Positions 13,501 through 24,010 of a DNA stretch of 64,000 bases are shown in pieces. The stretch is from Psammoneis japonica (taxonomy: Eukaryota). A program made the translations under genes and the position numbers. The first letter of the stretch is position 1. The number at the start of each line of letters is the position of its first letter. The stretch is taken from contig QPGO01000040.1 of the NCBI GenBank assembly GCA_008632985.1, forward strand, positions 1 to 64,000, written 5' to 3'. The notes under the pieces were generated by a model. The model saw nothing but the letters and a program-made list of their open reading frames with translations. It ran no database searches and was not told where the DNA came from.

Positions 13501-16160
13501 GACGGTAGACTCGGTGCCAACAAACAGTTGGGCGCTGGTGCAACCAGAGTCGACGGCCGGGGTGTCGGCACAAATGGTGTCAGTGGCGACAGGCTCGTTG
13601 CGACGGTGCACATTGAGGGCGGGGTTGGGTGATTTGAAGGCCTTGCGAAGGTGTGCACCGGCGGGCATGCGGGCGCACTGCGTGGTGCAGTCAAAAGTAC
13701 GACGGACCGCATCGGCAGGTGGGAAGCCAAAGTGAGGCCGAAGAGACTCGAAGGGGGGGTCCTTGGGCTGCACAGTGCGCTCCGGAGGTGGAACGTCATC
13801 GCCCTTGGGGTCAATCGCATGCAGATGACACTCGTAGAACACGTCGTCGTTTGGAATGAGGTGATCATCGAGGGCGGACGCGTGATCGGCAGACAAGGAA
13901 GCGGACAAGATGGTCTCGTTGACAACGACACGGTGACGGCAGTTGCCGCATTCGTCAAATGGGTTGGCAGTGGGATCGTCCTGCAGGTCAGAGATCGCGT
14001 CGCACCACTGGTCATCGTCAGTGACAGAGTGATCGAGGACGGAAGGGTCCCATGTGTCATCACCGGTGAGGATGACGTGGGGCAGGGTGTCCCATTCGGC
14101 ATCAGTGTAAGGTCGCATGGCAACACAAGGCAGGCCAGCCTTGATGTCAATGGGGATGACACAGCCATCAGGAGTGGCAGTGCGTTGCAAGCCGTTGGGC
14201 ACCTTGACAGAGCGATCGTTGACATCCTGTTTGTGCCATTCGAGCTGGCCGCAGGAATGGATGGTCTTGCCCTTTCCCGTGTGTGCGCAAATGATGGAGG
14301 ATGGCGATGACGGGACCACGCTGGGTCTCAATGACGGCACCAGCGGTGACAATGGGGATGTCCACCAATTGATGATCGTCAATGCCCTGAACGTCGACTT
14401 GGCGAGAGGTGCGTGCGATGACGCGGACGTCGTTTGCCAGCAATGCCGCCGTTGGCCCCACGATCGACTAGAGCGCCAGTGCGTGTGGAGCGATGAGCAG
14501 AGGCAGAGCAAATGACATTGTGGTTGTCAACGCGGCGGCAAGTGCGGCCGTTGAGTTCCATGTCATCTGCAGAAGCTGGCGGGGTAGAGGAAGCGGCGGA
14601 TGGCCCCGGTCGACTGGCATTGGGGGCTTGGTTAGGAGACAACAGACGTTGCAGATCACCGGGTGGCAGTGGCTTGCGCTTGGTGAGGTGCGCCAGGATG
14701 GGATCACCCGAAATGGCGTCCACATGTGCAGCGGAGTCACCATGGTCAGCAGGAGTCGTGTTGGACAAGTTGACATCACTGTCACTCCCAAGGCGTTGGT
14801 CGTGAAGGTTGGCCGTAACAGACTCATGGCAGCCACTGGCTCGCGGGTTGCGGGGAGGTGGACGAGAATGCTCAAGGATGATCGCCTTGGAGGAATCGGG
14901 CAACGAATCCCAGAGCCGTTGGTGGTCGGGAGGGAGACGTCTCCATTGGACACCGGTGAGGCTGGGACCGCGGGTGCAGGCAGCATTGGCCTGAAGGACG
15001 TCAACGTCGCTGTCAATGTCGTAGAACACATCGTCGGACGGTTCCTCGGAGTGGACGTCATGTGCGCATGTGGTGCGTCGGGGAGCTCGAGGTGTCGTCT
15101 TGGGTTGAAACGTGCTGTCGTGCTGAGCTGCCGCAGAGAGGAGCAAGGCACAGCATTGATCGCATGTGAGGCTCTTGCCACTCTGCGTACGATGCTGATC
15201 AGCTTGGTTCTTGACAGCACGGAGTTCCTCGACAGGGTGCACGGCATTCTCGAGCATGACGCGCTTCTGTCCTTCAGAGAAGTGGTCACTGGCCAGGATG
15301 AGTGCCTCGCACTTGCGCAACTGGTCTTGCCAATGAAGGATGAACCCGTGGGTCGGACCTTTCCAAGTGCCATCACCAAGACGCGCGGTGGTCAGGTGCG
15401 TGAGCAGGGTGGAGGACTCGACAGATGCGCAGGTGGAGGCAAGCGCGCACTCAGACAAGGAGCGGCAGACGGTCTGTGCGTCAGAAGACCCCACATTTTC
15501 GTGAATGAGAGCCTTGCCCTTGTCGGTGAGAAGGATGCGTTCGAAGACGGCGAACATGCACTTTTGCTGTTCAGCAAAGAGCAGTTTGTCTTCGAGGCTG
15601 GTCGGTTTGTACGACGAGTCTAGAGTGCACTCGACGTCTTGGGCACGGGCTTGTGCCACAAGTGAGGTGTGCCAAGTGTGCCACTGCTTGTCGGATTTGA
15701 GAGCCGTGAAAGCGGTGGGATCACGCTTGATGCCTCGCTTGAAGTCCCGCACCGGGTCGCGTGCCTTGGTCGGGTTGGTGACATGTGGAGGTGCAAGGGG
15801 TGAGCTGCCGATGGACACAGAAGACATGCAGTCGGGGCTGAGGTGGCAGGCAAGGAACTCGTCATGCGTGAACAAAGAGGAGTCGTTGGCAACGTCAAGA
15901 CCTTTGTGTGCTTTGACAATGTACAGACTGACTGGTGCTGCTAACATGTTCTTACAACCACGGGGCAAAGGGATCACATCAGTGCCGTTGTCGCACTCAA
16001 GCGAGTCGATTTGGGACGGCATGAACGTGAACAGTTCCTGACACGAGTCCGTGCCGTCTTGGGCCAAAGCCAAACGAAGAGGACTCCCAGCACCTTGGGC
16101 AAGCACGGTTCCAACCACGTGCTCGAAACCATCGGTTTGTTGCTGACGAGTGAGAACCAT
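10490..16160 (-). pseudogene. gag-pol polyprotein of copy A, with frameshifts near 14440, 14290 and 11300
   Basis: PR ALVDRGANGG; integrase VATDT/ISDRAQVE/HQNFAERR; RT HKARLVADG, KALHGL, YVDD; RNase H CVDANL, GSEFVAA, GDNKSV, NPADILSK. Confidence 0.93.
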
Positions 16161-17085
16161 GGCAGACAAAAGTGGTGTCAGGACAATCAATTCTGGTTGG
16201 GAAGAGAAGGTGGACTCGAAACTTGGGTGAGAACAGACTTGACTTGAAACAGACTTGACTTGAAATCTTGAACCATCTTAAAATCAGAAGTCGCCGGGCT
16301 TTGTCACCCCGTTCGTTGTCAAGTGCCAAACTTCCCATCCGGTCCGCAGAGTTGTGCCGGCACGTCCGAACCCGCAGCTGGTGGCGCTTTGGGTTGCTCA
16401 CGAGCGGAGCAGCGGGTTGCAAACCCCTGCAGGTGAGCTGACCAGAGGTGGACAAGACCCCCGAACTGTTCTCATTTTATGTCGGTTGGATTTCCCGATC
16501 AGGCTGGCCAGTTGACGCAGGCGCCAGGCACTGTGGACGAACGAACAAACGTGGGAAAGCACCCTCGCCCCAACGCAGGCTGCAGTCACGGCCACTTGCT
16601 CTCACAGTCGTCCTCGTGGACCTAGTAGAACTGTAGAGCACCAGCAGTCCGGGGTAGATCAGGTGCAATGGACTCGGTGTGCTTGTAGAGTGGCAGCAAA
16701 ACCGCAGTCCGAAGAGTGGGTACAGGTTCTTGGCCGTGAAGATGTGTATATATATATATGTCTTCAGCGACGAAGATCCTTGAATGTTCAGGGTTCTTGA
16801 CCGTTAACCGATGAACAGGTATATCAAGGGATGAGGATCAAGGATAGACTTGGGTGTGACCGTTGAATGTATGTCTTCAGCGATCAAAGGTAGTATAATC
16901 GATCCAGATATCCAGCGGTAAGGAGACTTGACGGTGACGTTAACTTCCTGCCGATGCCCTGGTATTGAATGCGCGTAGACTTGCCGATGTATGTAGAACA
17001 TATACGGAGGTCCACGTAGAATTAAAAATAGCGTCGTTGGTAAATCAACGACGACGATGGCGGTTGCTCAATGGGTTGACAATGA

Positions 17086-17100
17086 GCAAGACTGTTAATC
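17086..17100 (-). promoter_or_regulatory. Putative primer-binding site of copy A (also at 18174-18188 and 31005-31019)
   Basis: GATTAACAGTCTTGC directly follows the 5' LTR; its reverse complement GCAAGACTGTTAATC resembles a tRNA-Asn(GUU) anticodon arm. Confidence 0.65.
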
Positions 17101-17376
17101 TGACAGAAAATGAAGGCGAATGGCAAGAATTCAAACAATAACTCCTTACTGCTGTCTAAACAGCAGATGAGTCTCCGCTCAGAGACCGTCACAGGAGCCG
17201 AAAGACGTGCAAGTCGGTATAATCGGGCTACTGTTGTCATTCTTGTGAGCCTTGTGGCTCGAAAGCAAACTACATCGCACGTGAACGCGCGGAACTAAAG
17301 CACACAAAACTGTGCACGGTAAACTAAACAGCGCGCGATGCTTCGCGCGCATCCAAATCCTGTTCAAATCCTGTCA
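17101..17376 (-). repeat. 5' LTR of copy A
   Basis: Same 276-bp unit; retains more TpA than the other LTR copies. Confidence 0.95.
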
Positions 17377-17897
17377 CAGTGCTGCAACTAACACAGGCTG
17401 CCACTGCTGCACCAGCAGGAGCTGACAACAACCCAAACAGGCTTTGTCACAAATGCCAGCCCTCTCTCTTCCAACAACACTCTGCTGGTGCCTGGCACTC
17501 CTTCTCATGCAACAAGTGCTCCTCCTGACATGGCCAATGACAGCCGCATGTGCAGAAGCAGGGTGTGCATGTGAGCGCGCTGTTGGCAGTCCAGCGCAAT
17601 GGCTGGGGCCAAACATTGTCAGAGGGTGTGCTGGGTTTTTTCTCAATTGGAGCTCATTGTGATGATGTTTCTGCCCAGCCATTGCAGCACCATGCTTGCC
17701 ATGATTGCCAAAATGAGTGACCAAGGAAAAAGAGGGAAGCATCTGACAAAAATCACTGGAAACAGCTGAAGTTGCAATTGAAGGCATTTTGTTGCTGGCA
17801 CTTCATTGTTGGATGCAGGGGCGGCAAACTCCAAAGTTTGTTGGCACGACAAGTGGAGGAAATCAGCACAAACACCACCAGCCCTGACCAGCAAAAG

Positions 17898-20800
17898 TGA
17901 CAGGATTTGAACAGGATTCAGGTGCGCGCAAAATGTCGCGCGCTGTTTAGTTTACCGCGCACAGATTTGTGTGCTTCAGTTCCACGCGTTCGCGCGCGAT
18001 GCAGTTTGCTTTCGAGCCACAAGGCTCACAAGAATGACAACAGCAGCCCGGTCATGCCGACTTGCACGTCTTTCGGCTCCTGCAACGGTCTCTGAGCGGA
18101 GACTCATCTGCTGTTTAGACAGCAGCAAGGAGTTGTTGTTTGAATTCTTGCCATTTGCCTTCAATTTCTGTCAGATTAACAGTCTTGCTCATTGTCAACC
18201 CATTGAGCAACCGCCATCGTCGTCGTTGATTTGCCGACGACGCCACCTCAATTCTGCGTGGACCTCCGTGTGTGTTCTACATGCGTCGGCAAGTCTGCGC
18301 GCATTCAACACCAGGCATCGGCAGGAAGTTAACGTTGCCGTCAAAGCCTCCTTGCCGCTGGATGTCTGGATTGATCACACTGCCTTTGATCGCTGAAGAC
18401 ATGCATGAACGGTCATGTCCAAGTCCACCCTTGATCCTCATCCCTTGACACACCCATTCATCGGTTGACGGTCAAGAACCCTGCATGTTCAAGGATCTTC
18501 GTCGCTGAAGACATGCATGTGTGTGCATGTCTTCACGGCCAAGAACTTGCACCCACTCTTCGGACTGCGGTTTTGCTGCCACTCTGCAAGCACACTGAGT
18601 CCATTGCACCTGATCTACCCCGGACCACTGGTGCTCTGCAGTTCTGCTGGGTCCACGAGGACAACTGTGAGAGCAAGTGGCCGTGATTGCAGCCTGCGTT
18701 GGGGCGAGGGTGTTTTCCCGCGTTTGTTCGTTCGTCCACAGCGCCCAACGCCTGCGTCAACTGGCCAGCCTGATCGGGAAATCCAACCGACATAAAATGA
18801 GAATGGTTCGGGGGTCTTGTCCACCTCTGGTCAGCTTGCCTGCAGGGGTTTGCAACCCGCCACTCCGCTCGTAAGCAACCCAAAGCGCCGCTGGCTGCGG
18901 GTTCGGACGTGCCGGCACAACTCTGCGGACCGGACAGGAAGTTTAGCACTTGACAACGAACGGGACAGCACAGCCCGGCGACTTCTGATTTTAAGACAGT
19001 CCAAGATTTCAAGTCAAGTCTAGCTCAAGTCAAGTCTTTTTCAAGCCAAGTTCCAAGTCAAAACTCCGAGTCAAGATCGCGCTCTAGATTGGTTCCTGTC
19101 TTTTGTTTCTACTGCACCGTCCTCCGTCATGGTTCTCACGCGACAGCAACAAACCGAAAGCTTCAAATGCATTCTAGGCACTGTGCTCAATCAAGACAAT
19201 GACAGCCCTCTTCGTTCTGCCCTGTCCATCAACGGGATTGAATCGTGCGAGGAATTGTTCACGTTCTCACCTGCCCAAATTGACGCCCTCACTTACAGAG
19301 ACGGCGCCAATGCAGCGCATTTGCCACAGACCCACAGAAACCTCCTAGCAGCTTTGATCAGCTTCCACTTTGTCAAAGTTTGCAACGGTGATGATGTGAC
19401 CAATGAACCCCAGTTGCTCACACCCGAGGAATTTCGCAACTGCCGCCTTGGTCCGGACCACTTGACCTCTCTAGCCACTGGCGCAGCACCCTCCGCACCT
19501 GTGCCGAGTCCCTTGCCATCCAAACCAGGTGAACCCAGTGCCATTTTGACACCAGCCTTGCACTGTGCCGCCACTCAGGTGTCCCCCAGAAGTGGTGTCA
19601 GTCGCGCCCCGCATGTCTTGACCAACCCGCCTGCAAGCAACCTCGGCCCAGTGCAGGATTGCAGCCCTTGCACAGGCCCGCACTTCAAGACCAGTTGGGA
19701 CACTCCACCCATGGCTTCCAAAGCTGCAGTCTTTGCACCCCGCAAACCACGTGCTGCCAACCTCCACGTGTCGACTGCTGTCACCCTTCACAGTCTTCGT
19801 TTGGGAAGTGATGGAGATGACAACTTGCTTCTCGTATCTCCTGATGGGGAGCCTCCTTTTCCCGTCATTGAATCTGTTCACAACATTTCAACCGGTTCAT
19901 CAGATGGGGAGTTCAGGACATCCAAGCAGCTTTGTTGTCTTCGGATCCTCCAAGCATCGCACCATGAGACTGGGCCTCCTGATTGGATGCCTCAAGTTTC
20001 GTACCTCGAGACCAGGCCTCCTGATTGGATGCCCCAAGTCTCGTACCTCGAGACCAGGCCTCCTGATTGGATGCCCCAAGTCTCGCACCTCGAGACCAGG
20101 TCTCCTGATTGGATGTCCCAAGTCTCGCACCTCGAGACTGGGCCTCCTGATTGGATGCCTCAAGTCTCGTGCCTCGAGACTGGGCCTCCTGATTGGATGC
20201 CCCAAGTGCGCACATCGAGACTGGGCCTCCTGATCGGATGCCCCAAGTCTCGTGCCTTGAGACCAGGCCTCCCAACTGGACTCTCCACGTCTCGTGCCTC
20301 AAGACCGGGCCTCCCAATTGGATCCTCCACGTCTCACACCTCAAGACTCGGCCTCCGGATTGGATCCCTCAAGTCTTGTGCCACGAGACTCGGCCTCCTG
20401 ATTGGATTCCCCAAGTCTCGCACCTCAAGACTTGGCCTCCTGATTGGATCCCCGAAGACTCGTGTCACAAGACTGGCAAGTCCTTTTGGATCCCAGAAGT
20501 CTTGCAGCACGGGACTGGTTGCCCCAATCAGACATCTGCAGCCTTGCACCACAAGATGTCTTGCTCCAATCCGATCCCCGAAGGCTTGCACCTTGAGACT
20601 CGTTTCTCCAATTGGATCAGTCTCTCAGGAGATGCAGCTGAGCTTGCAATCGGATTGGTGGAACACAAGACCACCGCTTGTGCCTTTGAACTCATGCTTG
20701 CTCTGTTCCCTGAGTCGTGCAAACGCCATGCCGCCTGCAATGTTGCCCCGCCGTTCAACATTGTCAACCAGACCAAGCTTTGCTCCTTCCATTGCAAGTG

Positions 20801-22775
20801 CGGATGTGGAATCCCACAAGATCCCAAGTGTGCCTTGAGCTTTGAAAAGCACAACGTTGCATCCATGGGGAGTTCAGGACATCCAAGCAGCTTCGTTGTC
20901 TTCGGATCCTCCAAGCATCGCACCATGAGACTAGGCTTCCTGATTGGATGCCTCAAGTTTCGCACCTCGAGACCAGGCCTCCTGATTGGATGCCCCAAGT
21001 CTCGCACCTCGAGACTGGGCCTCCTGATTGGATGCCCCAAGTCTCGCACCTCGAGACCAGGTCTCCTGATTGGATGTCCCAAGTCTCGCACCTCGAGACT
21101 GGGCCTCCTGATTGGATGCCTCAAGTCTCGTGCCTCGAGACTGGGCCTCCTGATTGGATGCCCCAAGTGCCGCACATCGAGACTGGGCCTCCTGATCGGA
21201 TGCCCCAAGTCTCGTGCCTTGAGACCAGGCCTCCCAACTGGACTCTCCACGTCTCGTGCCTCGAGACCGGGCCTCCCAATTGGATCCTCCATGTCTCATA
21301 CCTCAAGACTCGGCCTCCGGATTGGATCCCTCAAGTCTTGCGCCACGAGACTCGGCCTCCTGATTGGATTCCCCAAGTCTCGCACCTCAAGACTTGGCCT
21401 CCTGATTGGATCCCCGAAGACTCATGTCACAAGACTGGCAAGTCCTTTTGGATCCCAGAAGTCTTGCAGCACGGGACTGGTTGCCCCAATCAGACATCTG
21501 CAGCCTTGCACCACAAGATGTCTTGCTCCAATCCGATCCCCGAAGGCTTGCACCTTGAGACTCGTTTCTCCAATTGGATCAGTCTCTCAGGAGATGCAGC
21601 TGAGCTTGCAATCAGATTGGTGGAACACAAGACCACCGCTTGCGCCTTTGAACTCATGCTTGCTCTGTTCCCCGAGTCGTGCAAACGCCATGCCGCCTGC
21701 AATGTTGCCCCGCCGTTCAACATTGTCAACCAGACCAAGCTTTGCTCCTTCCATTGCAAGTGCAGATGTGGAATCCCACAAGATCCCAAGTGTGCCTTGA
21801 GCTTTGAAAAGCACAACGGCATCTGCAATTGGGGAGACGCAGCTCATCTCAAGATGACCCACTTGGAGAATGCAACGTTGCTCTTGGATCTTGGTCCTTT
21901 CTTGTCTCCTCATGTTTTGGTGCTTTGACTCCAAAGTTCTTTGGTCAATCCGAAGTCAAATCTGTTTCTGTGACTCCTCAAGCAAACTGGGGAGTGACAG
22001 GATTTGAACAGGATTCAGGTGCGCGCAAAATGTCGCGCGCTGTTTAGTTTGCCGTGCACAGATTTGTGTGCTTTAGTTCCGCGCGTTCGCGCTCGATGCA
22101 GTTTGCTTTCGAGCCACAAGGCTCACAAGAATGACAACAGCAGCCCGATTGTGCCGACTTGCACGTCTTTCGGCTCCTGCAACGGTCTCTGAGCAGAGAC
22201 TCATCTGCCATTTAGACAGCAGCAAGGAGTTGTTGTTTGAATTCTTGCCGTTTGCCTTCAATTTCTGTCAATGTGGAATCCCACAAGATCCCAAGTGTGC
22301 CTTGAGCTTTGAAAAGCACAGCGGCATCTGCAGTTGGGGAGACGCAGCTCATCTCAAGATGACCCACTTGGAGAATGCAACGTTGCTCTTGGATCTTGGT
22401 CCTTTCTTGTCTCCTCATGTTTTGGTGCTTTGACTCCAAAGTTCTTCAGTCAATCCAAAGTCGAATCTGTTTCTGTGACTCCTCAAGCAAACTGGGGAGT
22501 GACAGGATTTGAACAGGATTCAGGTGCGCGCAAAATGTCGCACGCTGTTTAGTTTGCCGCGCACAGTTTTGTGTGCTTCAGTTCCGCACGTTCGCGCGCG
22601 ATGCAGTTTGCTTTCGAGCCACAAGGCTCACAAGAATGACAACAGCAGCCCGATTGTGCCAACTCACATGTCTTTCGGCTCCTGTGACAGTCTCTGAGCG
22701 GAGACTCATCTGCCATTTGGACAGCAGCAAGGAGTCATTGTTTGAATTCTTGCCATTTGCCTTCAATTTCTGTCA
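17898..22775 (+). mobile_element. Non-autonomous Copia derivative, copy B, with three LTRs (17898-18173, 21995-22270, 22500-22775)
   Basis: TSD AAAAG at 17893-17897 and 22776-22780; same LTR, PBS, 5'UTR and PPT as copies A and C; diverged truncated gag from 19129; only patches of pol, with no RT or integrase core. Confidence 0.93.
19903..21826 (+). repeat. ~962-bp tandem duplication, each half containing a degenerating 42-bp minisatellite
   Basis: atggggagttcaggacatccaagcagc at ~19904 and ~20865; unit gagaccaggcctcctgattggatgccccaagtctcgcacctc (ETRPPDWMPQVSHL) repeated about 10-12 times per half. Confidence 0.92.
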
Positions 22776-24010
22776 AAAAGCTTGCTGCACCCAAACCCAA
22801 AGCAGAAAAGATGTGCTGCAACAAATGTGGAAAGATTGACCAGCAGAGCAAAAGCAGGCAAAACAACCTGCAAATTGAGTGGAAAAGCAAGCTGGGTTTC
22901 CTGGGCTGCTCCAGCCATGTGAACTTCTCTGTTGTTGGTTTGCAGCAGCTGCAATGGCTGTCATGCAAAGTGCAAGAAGTGCTTCCCCACAAGTTTTTTT
23001 AAAAAAAAGAGTTGTTCAACAATGGCTGTGTTGCAGCGCATGCTTTGTCAACCCTCATCTCATGAGTGGCTTGCAGAAACCCTTGGGTGCCTTCTGTGGT
23101 GCAGGCAGGTTTCAGCTGGGCTGCACATCAACACTCGCTTTGCTCAAGCTGAGAAGCAAATGAAGGCAAGATGCGGGGCTCTTTTGCAAATTGCTTTTTG
23201 CAGGGCATCTGCAAGGTGCACTGTGCAAAAACAACCCGCCCCTGTTTGTTGCGCAAGCTGGCAGGTCCAGACAGACAAGAGCAATTTTTTTGCATGTGAC
23301 AGCCAAGAAAAAAAATTCCTTGCCCTTCATGATGCTGACAAAGATGGGGTGTGCCAGCTTTGGCAAAGTTTTGTTCGGCGCTCTGCACACTGCGCTGTTT
23401 TTGCAACTTTGCTGAGCAGCTCCTACATCTTCGCCATGGCCAGGGCACGTTGGCAAATCAGCTGTGTGCTGTGTCTCTGGTGTCTGCTGTCAAAAGACTT
23501 GCAGTGGCCTGCTCAGCTGAGAGGTGCCCACTGGATTTTGCTGCCTCAATTGAGGAAAAATTCCGGTGGGCTGGACACTGCCACTGAGACTGCCAGAGTA
23601 GAGAGAGAGGGAGAGAGCGCCGGCCTCACAAATAAAACACGTTGCACTGTGATCCAATGGGCCTGCTGTTCTCGCATCCCACCACATGTGCCATGCAAAC
23701 AGCATTATTTAAGCCCCAAATAGACATTGTGGATAGACATTTGAAAGTCATTGGTTATCTATTCTCACGACAGGCGGCATTGTACGACCACAAAAAATAC
23801 CGGTATGACGGACTCGATGCGCAAACAATTCGACGACCGATAAGACATTGACTTCGGTCATTGGAAAAAGAGTCATTCTTCATGGTTTTCTTAAGCCCCT
23901 TCTCCAGATTGAGGAGTCAGTCCTTTGATCATCCAATTGACACAAAAACCTTGGCGCTTCATTTTTCACACACATCGAGTGAAAGTTGCTGTGTGGGCCG
24001 CTTGTTGACA

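Larger units (their letters stand above)
10267..17376 (-). mobile_element. Ty1/copia (CoDi-like) LTR retrotransposon, copy A; full length (7110 bp), defective
   Basis: 276-bp LTRs at 10267-10542 and 17101-17376 (TG...CA); TSD CAGTG at 10262-10266 and 17377-17381; PPT next to the 3' LTR; gag-PR-IN-RT-RH order. Confidence 0.97.

Noticed and set aside
19966..21560. 42-bp repeat array as a CRISPR array
   Set aside because: Units are contiguous with no unique spacers, lie inside an LTR element, and there are no cas genes; the context is eukaryotic.
5320..23620. CT-rich tract at ~5325-5350 and GA-rich tract at ~23595-23620 as TIRs of one giant element
   Set aside because: Similarity is short and low-complexity, and no TSD was found.
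22932..23723. 263-aa ORF and similar Cys/His-rich ORFs (e.g. 6192..6896, 58760..59611) as genes
   Set aside because: They lie in TA-depleted DNA where stops are scarce and show no recognisable domains.
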